Part shown: positions 18,566 to 28,951 of the stretch, one piece after another
Position numbering within the stretch: the stretch's first letter is position 1
Layout: each line of letters starts with the position of its first letter
Source: Candidatus Saccharimonadales bacterium
GTDB lineage: Bacteria > Patescibacteriota > Saccharimonadia > Saccharimonadales > JACDFO01
Assembly (NCBI GenBank): GCA_038255465.1
Contig: JBBSLJ010000003.1
Span: 285 to 64,284, forward strand
DNA: 64,000 bases
Direction: 5' to 3'
Made by a program: the position numbers and the translations under genes
The notes under the pieces: generated by a model
Database searches by the model: none
Told to the model about the DNA's origin: nothing
The model's input: the letters and a program-made list of their open reading frames with translations, nothing else

Positions 18566-20032
18566 ATGTCAGAAGTTAGGCCCAGGTTTCTTTTAGATGA
18601 AGCCGGTGAACCCACAGATGGTGTTGGCGGTTTCGAAACTGAGTTTGGATTTCGGTGTGAGGTAAAAGGAAACCGAGCACTAAACACTAAAGCAACTCAA
18701 GACGTAGCATTCGAAGCCGGTGGGATGTATACCTGTGCTTATAAGGCCGACGGAGATCGGGAATATGTAGACGTGGGTCATCATCCGGAAATCTCGACAG
18801 CAGAAGATACGGATCCAGTAATTTCCGCACACCGTGTGATGCGCTCTTTTGTTAAAGCCCAACAAAAACATCAAATTAGTGCAGCGCAAGTTGGAAAATG
18901 TATGGTATCCAAGGGAAGTGAAGCCGCAATAAAAGTAAATCTTTTTGCGAATACCTGCGATCCGCACGGCAATACATGGGCAAGCCATAATAATGTTTTA
19001 GCGCCGCGAGGCCTGCCATTTGGCGACTACGTATACCCGCTGCTTATTCACAATGTCAGTCACATTGTCTGGTCAGGCGCGGGTCACGTACAACCAACAG
19101 AGGATGGCGGTTACCGCTATTGTTTAAGTGAACGAGCCGATCATTTTTGGGATACAGTAAGTCTTAATACGACTCAAAACAGACCGTTAGTTAATACAAG
19201 AGACGTGCCGTATGCTGACAAGCAACGCTTTCGTCGCATCCATGACATATCGGGTGACGCGGTGATGAGTCCATTCGTCTATGCGCTCAGAAGAGCGAGC
19301 GTCGCAATCATCTTGCGAGCATGCGGTTTAGGTGTAAAGTTCGATGACCTGATGCCAGAGAACCCAATTGCAGCTATCAGGACTATAAATCATGATCCTA
19401 CGCTGAAGGCAAAAGTAAGCTTGGCAGATGGTAGAAAAATGAGCGGATTAGACTTAGAACGATACGTTATGGAACGTTCGCTCGTGGCTACCAGAAGAGC
19501 TAAATGCTTAACAGCTCAAGATGAGTTATTTGGTAAAAAATGGGAAAAGCTGCTTGATGATCTTTCGCAAGACCCGGCGCTTTGCGAACGACGAGTTAAC
19601 TGGGTGGTTAAAGAGGAGTTAATTTTGCGTGAGCTGGAGGCTAAGTTTGCGCAAATAAACAGTCTTGGCAAAGATAGAGTGTCGGCCGGAGCTGTAGCAC
19701 TGCAAAAATCTATAGAATTTCATCGTTTGTCGCCGTATGAGGGCGCAGGCATGAAGTTGCTAAGAAGAGGTTTTTTTGAGGATTCCCCATCTGCCGACGT
19801 ATTAGAAAATGGCGTGCCATTACCGAATACCAGGGCCAAAGTCAGGGGTCAGGCAATTGGCCGCCTTATGACATTGAATCCGGAGGATGGTCGATACAAT
19901 CAGATCTTTTCGACCAGTTGGGACGTCCTTACACTACACTGGGTTACCAACGGCAGGACGATGATGAACGATCCGTTTAAAGCCGAAATGCCGGAATCCC
20001 TTGATCGACGCCTGCAACAACTCGGAGTCTAG
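18566..20032 (+). CDS. Pup-ligase/deamidase family protein (PafA/Dop homolog)
   Basis: GGFETEFG, EYVDVGHHPEISTAE, YCLSERADHFWDTVSLNTTQNRPLVNTRDVPYADKQRFRRIHDISGD, NPIAAIRTINHDPTLKAKVSLADGRKMSGLDL and TSWDVLTL align with mycobacterial PafA/Dop as I remember them. Confidence 0.8.
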   Translation: MSEVRPRFLLDEAGEPTDGVGGFETEFGFRCEVKGNRALNTKATQDVAFEAGGMYTCAYKADGDREYVDVGHHPEISTAEDTDPVISAHRVMRSFVKAQQKHQISAAQVGKCMVSKGSEAAIKVNLFANTCDPHGNTWASHNNVLAPRGLPFGDYVYPLLIHNVSHIVWSGAGHVQPTEDGGYRYCLSERADHFWDTVSLNTTQNRPLVNTRDVPYADKQRFRRIHDISGDAVMSPFVYALRRASVAIILRACGLGVKFDDLMPENPIAAIRTINHDPTLKAKVSLADGRKMSGLDLERYVMERSLVATRRAKCLTAQDELFGKKWEKLLDDLSQDPALCERRVNWVVKEELILRELEAKFAQINSLGKDRVSAGAVALQKSIEFHRLSPYEGAGMKLLRRGFFEDSPSADVLENGVPLPNTRAKVRGQAIGRLMTLNPEDGRYNQIFSTSWDVLTLHWVTNGRTMMNDPFKAEMPESLDRRLQQLGV

Positions 20033-20086
20033 TCTGACGCGAATCTTTTATATATCCCTCCGGGCATAGGTTATAATGAAAAACAT

Positions 20087-20413
20087 ATGGCGCTAGAATT
20101 TACCAATATTCCCGACAGAACCGGTCCGGCAGTTTATCTTGTAGGCATGAGTATGCTCGAAAACCGACTTACTGCCTACGGCCAGGAACTTGACAAAGCA
20201 ACAGACGAAAAGACGCAGGTAGTCTATCTTGACGTCAGAAGCAAAGACGGAGCTCAAGTCGCAGATTTTTATGATATTCAGGAATCAAGTCTTCCGGCTG
20301 TCCTGATAGTTATGGACGACGATACGATTTATAAAAGTTGGTTTGGTCAGGATTTACCAAGGCCCGGAGATGTAGCACACGACGTAAAACGAATATCCGG
20401 ACATTCAGTGTAA
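20087..20413 (+). CDS. hypothetical protein (108 aa, possibly thioredoxin-like fold)
   Basis: ORF with a TATAAT box 9 nt upstream. The strand-helix pattern (VVYLDVRS...LPAVLIVMDDDTIYKSWFG) is only suggestive. Confidence 0.4.
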   Translation: MALEFTNIPDRTGPAVYLVGMSMLENRLTAYGQELDKATDEKTQVVYLDVRSKDGAQVADFYDIQESSLPAVLIVMDDDTIYKSWFGQDLPRPGDVAHDVKRISGHSV

Positions 20414-20441
20414 CGCTGAAGTTCTGGGCTATAATAGACAT

Positions 20442-21740
20442 ATGCTAGATATTCAATTTATCCGCGAAAATGCCGAATTTGTTGCAGAAAAGTCAAAACA
20501 AAAAGGTTATGAAGTCGATATAACCCAGCTGCTTGGCTTTGATGGTAAGCGGCGAGATTTGCAAGCGCAAATTGAAGATCTGCGCCGCCAACGAAACCAA
20601 CTGGCAGACGCTACAAAAGGTCAACGACCAGATGAAGACCAGGTAGTTAAAGGACGCGAAATTAAGGATCATATCAGTGACCTTGAACATCAGCTAAACG
20701 CAGTCGGTCAGCAATTTACTGATCTGCTTAAACTGGTTCCAAATATGCCCATGGCCGATGTACCAACAGGCGCAAGCGAAGATGATAACGTTGTTAGCAA
20801 AGAAGTCGGTGAGAAAAAACAGCTCGACTTTGAGCCAAAAAATCACTGGGATTTAGCCGAGTCACGCATGATGATTGATAAAGAACGTGCCACTAAAGTT
20901 GCCGGCAGTCGGTTCGCCTACATTAAGGGCGACCTAGTATTTCTCCAGATGGCGATTATTCACTTTACTATGGATGTTTTGGCAAGTGAAGAGAAGCTAA
21001 AAGAGATTGCCGCCCAAGCCGGCCTTAGCGTAAGCACAAAACCGTTCACGCCCGTACTTCCTCCGCTCATGATTAAGACCGAGCCATATGATGCCATGGA
21101 TCGCCTTGAGCCGCGTGATGACCGTTATAAAATTGAGGGCGAAGAACTGTGGCTGCAGGGAAGCGCGGAGCACGTGCTGGGTAGCATGCATGCTGATGAA
21201 ATCTTTGATGAAGAAAACCTTCCGATTCGTTATTTGGGATACGCCACCAGTTTTCGTAAAGAAGCGGGCACGTACGGCAAAGACATGGAAGGCATTATTA
21301 GGATGCACCAGTTTGATAAGCTCGAAATGGAAAGCTTCACCACTAAAGAAAACGGCCTAGATGAACATTTGTTTATGGTGGCCATTCAGGAGTATCTGCT
21401 TACACAACTGGGCTTGCACTATCAAGTAATGAAAAAATGCACTGCAGACATTGGCAAACCGAATGCATGCGGTGTTGATATGAATACATGGCTTCCTGGC
21501 CAGGGTAAATACCGCGAAACGCACACGGCCGACTACATGACTGACTATCAAGCGCGAAGGCTTAAAACGCGTGTACGTCGAGCCGGGGGTGTTGTCGAAC
21601 TAGCTCACACGAACGATGCGACTGCTTTTGCCCTTGGGAGGACTATGGTAGCAGTAATTGAAAACTATCAGACACCTGAAGGCGGTATACTAATACCTGA
21701 AGTGCTTAAAGCGTACATGGGGGGAAGGGAAGTCATATGA
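20442..21740 (+). CDS. serS: seryl-tRNA synthetase
   Basis: N-terminal coiled-coil arm plus class II motifs (TSFRKEAGTYGKDMEGIIRMHQFDKLE). Confidence 0.9.
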   Translation: MLDIQFIRENAEFVAEKSKQKGYEVDITQLLGFDGKRRDLQAQIEDLRRQRNQLADATKGQRPDEDQVVKGREIKDHISDLEHQLNAVGQQFTDLLKLVPNMPMADVPTGASEDDNVVSKEVGEKKQLDFEPKNHWDLAESRMMIDKERATKVAGSRFAYIKGDLVFLQMAIIHFTMDVLASEEKLKEIAAQAGLSVSTKPFTPVLPPLMIKTEPYDAMDRLEPRDDRYKIEGEELWLQGSAEHVLGSMHADEIFDEENLPIRYLGYATSFRKEAGTYGKDMEGIIRMHQFDKLEMESFTTKENGLDEHLFMVAIQEYLLTQLGLHYQVMKKCTADIGKPNACGVDMNTWLPGQGKYRETHTADYMTDYQARRLKTRVRRAGGVVELAHTNDATAFALGRTMVAVIENYQTPEGGILIPEVLKAYMGGREVI

Positions 21741-22102
21741 TCAAATTGGAGATAACCGGAGTTCATACCGAACTGGACACCAAGATTAAAAAGTACGTAA
21801 CTACAAAAATTAACAAGCTCGAAAAATACATGCCAAGACATGCCCGTGAGTCTGCCCACGCTGAAGTGTTCCTAAAAGAAAAGAAAATCAGAGCTAAAAA
21901 AGAATGTGCATGTGAGGTGGTTTTACACCTTCCTAAAGAAACAATCCGTATAGAAGAAACCACCATAAACATGTACGCAGCAGTTGATATTGTTGAGGAA
22001 AAGCTCAAAAACCAACTTAAGAAATATAAAGAAACTCACTCTTCCTTGCGAATCCACAAGCGTGTCATTTCAAAACTTCGTCGCAACCCGGTTGTTGAAT
22101 AA
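21737..22102 (+). CDS. hpf: ribosome hibernation promoting factor / RaiA family (short form)
   Basis: MIKLEITGVHTELDTKIKKYVTTKINKLEKY matches the HPF/YfiA family pattern. The start overlaps the serS stop (ATGA). Confidence 0.8.
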   Translation: MIKLEITGVHTELDTKIKKYVTTKINKLEKYMPRHARESAHAEVFLKEKKIRAKKECACEVVLHLPKETIRIEETTINMYAAVDIVEEKLKNQLKKYKETHSSLRIHKRVISKLRRNPVVE

Positions 22103-22195
22103 AAACTACATCATAAATATATGTACGCTGTAACCTGTTATAGGGTACAATATCTTGAGTCCGCAATTGTCAGAAAATATCCGTAGAGGGAGAAC

Positions 22196-24802
22196 ATGGT
22201 TAAGAACAAGCTATTAAAACGAGTATTAGGTGATCCTCAGATCAAAACTGTTAAACGGCTGAGGAAGCGTGTCAAAGAAATTAATGCGCTTGAGTCAAAG
22301 TATAAGAAGTTATCCGATGCAAAACTAAAAGAACAGACTAAGAAGCTTAGGGAGCGTCTTAAAAAAGATTCACTCGACAAGATTTTACCTGATGCTTTTT
22401 CGGTTGTTCGTGAGGCGGCCGATCGTACACTCGGGCAACGGCACTTTGATGTGCAGCTGATTGGTGGCATGGTGCTACATGAGGGTAACGTTGCAGAAAT
22501 GAAAACCGGTGAAGGTAAAACGCTCGTAGCGACACTGCCGTTGTACTTAAACGCTCTTAGTGGCAAGGGCTCACATCTCGTGACCGTAAACGATTATTTG
22601 GCGCGTATCGGTGCCGGTTGGATGGGCCCAGTGTACGACTTTTTAGGTATGACTGTTGGTGTTATTGTGCCTGATCAATCGTTTATTTTTGACCCTAAAT
22701 TCGTCGACGAAAGTCATGACGACCCAAGGTTTAAGCACTTAAAGCCGTGTACGCGTCAAGAAGCGTATCGGGCTGACATCACCTATAGTACAAACAACGA
22801 GCTTGGGTTTGATTATCTCCGCGACAACATGGTACGTGAAACCGAGCAACTCCGGCAGCGCGAGCTTCACTACGCTATCGTTGACGAGGTTGACTCCATT
22901 TTAATTGACGAAGCACGTACGCCACTGATTATTTCGGCACCAAGTGTTACAAGCGGCGCGGCCTACATGCAGTTTTCAAAAGTTGTCCGCAATCTTAAAA
23001 AAGAGGAACATTACGAAGTTGATGAAAAACGCCGCAGCGTTGTACTCAACGATACCGGTGTCGAAAAAATCGAAAAAGTGCTTGGCATTAAAAGCCTGTA
23101 CGGCACCGATAACATTCGTACAATTTACCACCTTGAACAGGCACTTAAAGCCCAGGCATTATTCAAGCGCGACAAAGATTATGTAATTACATCTGACGGC
23201 GAAGTTGTCATTGTCGATGAATTCACGGGTAGGTTACTCAAAGGAAGACGATATAACGAGGGCTTGCACCAGGCCATAGAGGCCAAAGAAGGCGTTGAAG
23301 TTCAGGAAGAGTCAATGACACTTGCGACAATATCGTTCCAAAATTACTTCCGCTTATATGAAAAATTAGCAGGTATGACGGGTACGGCATCAACTGAGGC
23401 CGAAGAATTTCACCAGATCTACAAACTCGATGTCGTGGAAATCCCATCAAACAGACCGGTTGTTCGTAAGGATCATGCCGATAGGATTTATAAGTCCGAA
23501 ATGGGCAAGTTCAACGCAATTATCAAAGAAGTTAAAAGTTTGAACACGAAGGGTCAGCCTGTTCTAATCGGGACAAACTCTATTGAAAAGAACGAACTGC
23601 TAGGAAGCTTGCTTGCGAAAGCCAAGATTCCGCACCAGGTTCTAAACGCCAAAAATAACGAGCGAGAGGCAGCTATTGTTGCTAAGGCTGGTCAAAATGG
23701 AGCCGTAACGCTCGCGACCAACATTGCCGGGCGAGGTACTGACATTGTGCTAGCAGAAAGCGTAAAAGAACTCGGTGGCTTGTTTGTCATCGGTACTGAG
23801 CGCAATGAATCAAGGCGCGTTGACAACCAGCTGCGAGGACGTTCCGGTCGTCAAGGCGATCCGGGTGCCAGTCAGTTCTTTATAAGTACTGAAGACGACC
23901 TGTTGCGTATTTTTGGAGGTGATCGTATCGCGAGCATCATGCAGAAACTAGGCGTTGACGACGAAACACCAATCGAAAACCGCATAATCAGCAAGAGCCT
24001 TGAAGGGGCGCAGAAAAAAGTAGAAGGCTACAACTTCGATGCTCGTAAAAACGTCGTCCAGTATGACGACGTTATGAACCGACATCGTCGCGCTACCTAC
24101 GCCATGCGTCGTGAAATCCTGCTTCAGGCAGATATTAAAAAGCGCGTCAGACAGTTTGTTGAAGATGAAGTAAGGTTGCTTGCCAACTCGCCGGATATTT
24201 TGTCAGACAAGTTTGAATCTGTTGTGACCGAAGTATTTCCGTTTGACGAAGAAACCTTGGATCGCTTATTTGATACAGATGCAGCCAAATTCGGCAAAGT
24301 CCTGCTTGAAGAAGCAAATGCACTATATGAAGGCCGTGAATCTGCATTTACCGAAGAAGTAATGCGCAAAGTTGAACGAGACATATACCTGCAAATTCTG
24401 GATAACCTCTGGATGCAGCACCTTGAAAACATGGATCACCTGCGCGAGGGGATTCACTGGCTCAGTGTTGGTCAGCGTGATCCGTTGGTTGAATACCGCC
24501 GGCAGTCGCAACAATTATTTGAAGAAATGCAGATCACGCTTCGTCACGATGTACTTCGGGCACTCTTCCACGCGGAGCCTGTAGTTAGCGTGGAAATGAC
24601 AGAAACAGAACTAACTAGAGCAGCTCGTAATTCAGTCGACAACGCCGACAAAATTATAGAGGCAGAAGAATTCCACGAAACTGACTTTGTACCAGGCAAG
24701 GTAGCGAATGCCGAAGAAAAAAAATCTCACGATAAGCTTAAAAATACCCGCAAACAGGAACGTAAGCGCAAAACTAAAGCTAAAGCCCGAAAGAGAAAGT
24801 AG
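22196..24802 (+). CDS. secA: preprotein translocase ATPase SecA
   Basis: The 868-aa protein has the MKTGEGKTLVATL Walker A, DEVDSILIDEARTPLIIS and TNIAGRGTDI. It ends in a Lys-rich C-terminal tail with no Zn-finger Cys. Confidence 0.95.
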   Translation: MVKNKLLKRVLGDPQIKTVKRLRKRVKEINALESKYKKLSDAKLKEQTKKLRERLKKDSLDKILPDAFSVVREAADRTLGQRHFDVQLIGGMVLHEGNVAEMKTGEGKTLVATLPLYLNALSGKGSHLVTVNDYLARIGAGWMGPVYDFLGMTVGVIVPDQSFIFDPKFVDESHDDPRFKHLKPCTRQEAYRADITYSTNNELGFDYLRDNMVRETEQLRQRELHYAIVDEVDSILIDEARTPLIISAPSVTSGAAYMQFSKVVRNLKKEEHYEVDEKRRSVVLNDTGVEKIEKVLGIKSLYGTDNIRTIYHLEQALKAQALFKRDKDYVITSDGEVVIVDEFTGRLLKGRRYNEGLHQAIEAKEGVEVQEESMTLATISFQNYFRLYEKLAGMTGTASTEAEEFHQIYKLDVVEIPSNRPVVRKDHADRIYKSEMGKFNAIIKEVKSLNTKGQPVLIGTNSIEKNELLGSLLAKAKIPHQVLNAKNNEREAAIVAKAGQNGAVTLATNIAGRGTDIVLAESVKELGGLFVIGTERNESRRVDNQLRGRSGRQGDPGASQFFISTEDDLLRIFGGDRIASIMQKLGVDDETPIENRIISKSLEGAQKKVEGYNFDARKNVVQYDDVMNRHRRATYAMRREILLQADIKKRVRQFVEDEVRLLANSPDILSDKFESVVTEVFPFDEETLDRLFDTDAAKFGKVLLEEANALYEGRESAFTEEVMRKVERDIYLQILDNLWMQHLENMDHLREGIHWLSVGQRDPLVEYRRQSQQLFEEMQITLRHDVLRALFHAEPVVSVEMTETELTRAARNSVDNADKIIEAEEFHETDFVPGKVANAEEKKSHDKLKNTRKQERKRKTKAKARKRK

Positions 24803-24805
24803 CCG

Positions 24806-26095
24806 ATGAAACATACTGTCAGTGAAATAGTGCTGTCTAATGGTGTCCGTGGGTTATTTGTCCACATTCCTGATGCCAGCGTGATGACTTTTGAGGTTAA
24901 TTTCAGGGCAGGGGAATACCTGGTACCCCGAGAAAAGTGGGAAGCACCCCACCTTATGGAACATGTGCTGCTCGGAGCTAACGACCTTATCCCAAAAGCT
25001 CGAGCGTTCCAGGCTGAGTTTGAGAAAAACGGTGCGTACAGCAACGCCAGCACTGGCAGTTACGATATTATTTATGAGGCCGAGTGCGCCGATTTTGAAT
25101 GGGACCGCATTGCTAGTCTGCTTTTAACCGCCATAACCAAGCCGCTTTTTCTAGAAGAAGAATTTAAGGCCGAGTTTGGCAATGTGCGCGAAGAGCTCAT
25201 GGCTCGCTCCAACAATCATTTTAGACATTTAAGCCTCGCCCTCCGTGAAGCTTACGGTTTTAAGGTATTAACTGACCAAACCCGTATACAGCTCATGGAC
25301 AATGTCGAGTTAGACGATATACGAGGACACTACTTGCTGACACATAGCGCCAGTAATATGCGTTTTGTAATCGGTGGTAAGCTGCCCCCAAACCGCCAAA
25401 AAATACTTACTGGATTATTTGAAAATATCGAGCTTTGGGCTGGAGAGGGCAGAAGCACGCTGCCACACGAAGTACCAAAAACCCTCCGTGCGCCGCTGTA
25501 TATCCATAACGAAACTGTTGAAAACCTGTACTTTTATATAGACACGTTTATGCATCGCCGCATGGAAGATGCCGAATCCGACGCGTTAGGTTTGATCAAT
25601 ACTATGCTAACAGAAACGCTGTATTCGAGAATTCTTGGCACCGCCCGTGAACGAGGGTTAGTCTACGGAATGAGCTCAGGTTTTGGGCAAACAAGAGATT
25701 CCAGTAACTGGTGGTTTGGAGCGCAGGTTATGCCCAAGAATGCTCCGGAACTCTACAAAATTATCGTTAAAGAACTAACAAATGTATTTCATGGCAAAGT
25801 AGCCGAAGAAGATATCGCCAACGCCAAACAGTATTCGCTCGGACGATTCCAGCGTAGCGGCCAGACGGTAAGCGGTACGGCTTCGGGCTACAGTGGCCGT
25901 TATTTCTTTGATGATCATATTGATGATTACTATAAATTCCCAGAGAGAATCGAAGCCGTAACTAAAGACGCGATTGTTACTATTTCAAGCCAGTTATTTG
26001 AAGATAAAACCTGGGGTATGGGATGTCTTGGCAGCTCAGGTGATAAATTCACCCAGGATTTGCAAACCAAAATTTTGCCACTCTGGGAAAAATGA
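24806..26095 (+). CDS. M16 (pitrilysin) family zinc peptidase
   Basis: HLMEHVLLG contains the inverted HxxEH zinc motif, and the length (~430 aa) is typical of the M16 family. Confidence 0.7.
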   Translation: MKHTVSEIVLSNGVRGLFVHIPDASVMTFEVNFRAGEYLVPREKWEAPHLMEHVLLGANDLIPKARAFQAEFEKNGAYSNASTGSYDIIYEAECADFEWDRIASLLLTAITKPLFLEEEFKAEFGNVREELMARSNNHFRHLSLALREAYGFKVLTDQTRIQLMDNVELDDIRGHYLLTHSASNMRFVIGGKLPPNRQKILTGLFENIELWAGEGRSTLPHEVPKTLRAPLYIHNETVENLYFYIDTFMHRRMEDAESDALGLINTMLTETLYSRILGTARERGLVYGMSSGFGQTRDSSNWWFGAQVMPKNAPELYKIIVKELTNVFHGKVAEEDIANAKQYSLGRFQRSGQTVSGTASGYSGRYFFDDHIDDYYKFPERIEAVTKDAIVTISSQLFEDKTWGMGCLGSSGDKFTQDLQTKILPLWEK

Positions 26096-26195
26096 GACAA
26101 AGCTGCGGTTTCTCTCTCCGCGCGGCATTTAAACTACGCCAAAGTCTCTGGTTGCGGTTTTCGTTTAACATCCCACAAAAGGTATAATTTTTAGC

Positions 26196-27284
26196 ATGCA
26201 AGAATTACTTAAGCAGGCAGAAGCACTGTCCCTAGCTATTGCAGATGCGCTTACTAAGCTCGATATTCAAAAACTTCAAGCGGAACTGATTGAACTCCAA
26301 AAAAAATCACAGTCTCCCGATTTTTGGTCTGATAATTTAAAGGCCCAGGAAATCATGAAGCAGGCAAGTAAGCTTGAGGCCAGGGTTACCCCGTGGCAAG
26401 AACTCGACGCATCCGTCAAAGAAGTTGTTGAACTTGCGCAAACTGAAGACGAGTCATTGGTCATTGATCTTCAGGATCAGCTAACAACCGCAGACATAAA
26501 ATTTAAGGCGCTCAAATCGCAGCTTAAATTGAGTGGCAAGTTTGATGATTTTGACGTGCTTTTAAGTATCCACGCCGGCGCCGGCGGAACTGATGCGCAA
26601 GATTGGGCCGGCATGTTACTGCGCATGTATGTGCGCTACGGCGAAAAAGCTGGCTTTATTGTTTCTACAATTGATGAATCAGCGGGCGAAGAAGCAGGAA
26701 TCAAAAGTGTTACTTTAGATATTTCGGGAAACTTTGCGTACGGCAAACTAAAAGGCGAAAACGGTGTTCATCGGTTAGTGCGCTTAAGTCCGTTCAACGC
26801 CGATAACTTGCGCCAAACGAGCTTTGCAAAAGTTGAAATAATGCCCAAAATCGCCACACCTGAAGTCGTACAGATTGATGAAAAAGATCTTAAGATAGAT
26901 GTCTACCGTAGTGGCGGTAAGGGCGGTCAAAGCGTGAATACCACTGACTCAGCGGTGCGTGTGACACATACGCCTACCAACATCGTGGTTGCAATCCAAA
27001 ACGAACGTTCTCAGCTACAAAATAAAGAAACCGCCATGACAATATTGCGCTCAAAACTTGCCCAACTGCAGGCAGAACAGCATCTCGAAAACCTGGCCGA
27101 ACTCAAAGGCCCGAACGAACAGGCGGCGTGGGGCAATCAAATCAGAAGCTACGTACTCCATCCGTACAAGCAGGTAAAAGATCTCAGGACCCGCTTTGAA
27201 ACAAGCGACCCCGATGCTGTCCTTGACGGTGAACTAGACCTATTTATAGAAGCATACCTTGAGCACACAATTGGCGGCTCATAA
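26196..27284 (+). CDS. prfB: peptide chain release factor 2 (single uninterrupted ORF, no +1 frameshift site)
   Basis: SPF motif (RLSPFNADN) and GGQ ([20 protein letters not shown]). The N-terminus is contiguous with the body. Confidence 0.9.
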   Translation: MQELLKQAEALSLAIADALTKLDIQKLQAELIELQKKSQSPDFWSDNLKAQEIMKQASKLEARVTPWQELDASVKEVVELAQTEDESLVIDLQDQLTTADIKFKALKSQLKLSGKFDDFDVLLSIHAGAGGTDAQDWAGMLLRMYVRYGEKAGFIVSTIDESAGEEAGIKSVTLDISGNFAYGKLKGENGVHRLVRLSPFNADNLRQTSFAKVEIMPKIATPEVVQIDEKDLKIDVYRSGGKGGQSVNTTDSAVRVTHTPTNIVVAIQNERSQLQNKETAMTILRSKLAQLQAEQHLENLAELKGPNEQAAWGNQIRSYVLHPYKQVKDLRTRFETSDPDAVLDGELDLFIEAYLEHTIGGS

Positions 27285-27302
27285 TCTGGTATACTTACCT
27301 GA

Positions 27303-27995
27303 GTGATACTTCTTGATAGGGTAACGAAGGTTTATAACAGAACGAATACGGCGCTTGACCGTCTTTCTCTTCATATTGAGGCGAAGGAATTCGTTATTAT
27401 TATTGGCACAAGCGGAGCGGGGAAGTCGACGCTCCTTAAACTACTTACTAAAGAAGAAAAACCAACGTCGGGCAAAATTGTAGTCGGCGGTTTAGATTAC
27501 GATAAATTAAAAGACCGAGATATCCCATTGGTGCGACGCAAGATTGGCGTTGTTTTTCAGGACTTCAAACTGTTATCGAATAAAAATGTCTATGAAAACG
27601 TAGCTTTTGCGCTCGAAATTGTTGGTTACGGCAATAAGGAGATTCAGCATACTGTGCCAAGAGTCTTAGATCTGGTAGGCCTAAAAGGCAAAGAAAAGCG
27701 CATGACGAACGAGCTGTCCGGCGGTGAGCGGCAGCGGGTGGCGATTGCACGCGCTGTTGTCCGCCAGCCAAAAATTCTAATCGCCGATGAGCCGACAGGC
27801 AACCTTGACCCAAAACATGCCTGGGAAGTCATTAAGGTACTAGAGAAAATTAATCGATACGGTACCACCGTACTGTTAACAACTCACAACCAGGACATTG
27901 TGAATAAGCTAAAGCGACGCGTGATCACTATTGATGATGGCCGGGTTGTCAGTGACCGGGCTAATGCCGAATACAATGCCAGGGGTAAGAGCTAA
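27303..27995 (+). CDS. ftsE: cell division ABC ATPase FtsE
   Basis: GTSGAGKSTLLK Walker A, LSGGERQRVAIARA signature and ILIADEPTGNLD. It has a GTG start and is followed by ftsX. Confidence 0.9.
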   Translation: MILLDRVTKVYNRTNTALDRLSLHIEAKEFVIIIGTSGAGKSTLLKLLTKEEKPTSGKIVVGGLDYDKLKDRDIPLVRRKIGVVFQDFKLLSNKNVYENVAFALEIVGYGNKEIQHTVPRVLDLVGLKGKEKRMTNELSGGERQRVAIARAVVRQPKILIADEPTGNLDPKHAWEVIKVLEKINRYGTTVLLTTHNQDIVNKLKRRVITIDDGRVVSDRANAEYNARGKS

Positions 27996-28951
27996 TGAAG
28001 AAGGATTTTAATCATCGTTTAATTACGCAGTGGCGGATTATTAAAACTGGCTGCCAAAACTTTGTGCGTAATCTAACCCTGGCCATCGCCGCAATAGCCG
28101 TGATGCTCATTACGCTCACTATCTTATTATTTTCTGTAATAGCTAACGAAACATTCAATAATACGATTACCCAAATAACTGACCGCATTGACGTATCTGT
28201 GTACCTTAAAGATGACGTAACGGATGAAACGCGTGAAAAGCTTATCGCCGACTTAAAAAACATCCAAAACGTGAAAGAGGTTAAATACGTCAGTAAAGAA
28301 CAGGCACTAGAAGATTATAAAAAAGCAAATCAAGATAACCCCGATCTACTATTGGCTATTTCGCAAACTGACAACCCCTTGCCAGCCTCTTTGCGGTTAA
28401 AGCCAAAAGACCCAAACCGAATTGAAGAAATCAAAACATATCTTGAAAAAGAGGATATCAAAGCACTCCAATCTGATGAAACGTCATACTCGGGCGACCG
28501 CAAGGAAGCGATTGATAAAATTACCAGCGCAACACGCTTTTTAGGCCAGGCGGGGATTGTCGGGGTGGCTATCTTTACTGTAGTTTCCATGCTAATTATT
28601 TTTAATACCATCCGCATGGCAATCTTTAACCGTCGAGACGAACTGCAGATTATGCGTTTGCTTGGCGCCAGCACTAGCTTTATTCGCGGACCGTTTGTGG
28701 TCGAAACCGTTATATACGGTATCATCGCTGGTCTTTTGTCGGTGGTAATATGTGAAACGCTCTTTAGTGTCTCGGCGAATGCCTTTGGTGCAAGCTCGCT
28801 AGGGCTTCTTGATATATCATTTGCGAATGATTATTTTGCAAAACACTTTTGGTTAATATTGACCACACAATTGTCGATTGGTATACTAATTGGTGCCGCA
28901 TCGTCCATGATCGCAACGCGGCGATATCTAAAATTTAAGACTTCCAAATAA
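27995..28951 (+). CDS. ftsX: cell division permease-like protein FtsX
   Basis: Four TM segments with a large extracytoplasmic loop, plus MRLLGASTSFIRGPFVVE. The start overlaps the ftsE stop. Confidence 0.85.
   Translation: MKKDFNHRLITQWRIIKTGCQNFVRNLTLAIAAIAVMLITLTILLFSVIANETFNNTITQITDRIDVSVYLKDDVTDETREKLIADLKNIQNVKEVKYVSKEQALEDYKKANQDNPDLLLAISQTDNPLPASLRLKPKDPNRIEEIKTYLEKEDIKALQSDETSYSGDRKEAIDKITSATRFLGQAGIVGVAIFTVVSMLIIFNTIRMAIFNRRDELQIMRLLGASTSFIRGPFVVETVIYGIIAGLLSVVICETLFSVSANAFGASSLGLLDISFANDYFAKHFWLILTTQLSIGILIGAASSMIATRRYLKFKTSK

Noticed and set aside
26196-26290. Looked for the programmed +1 frameshift site (CTT TGA C) of prfB
   Set aside because: The N-terminal segment, including the region equivalent to the E. 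coli shift site, is contiguous with the body in one ORF. Unshifted prfB occurs in many bacteria, so this is not reported as unusual.
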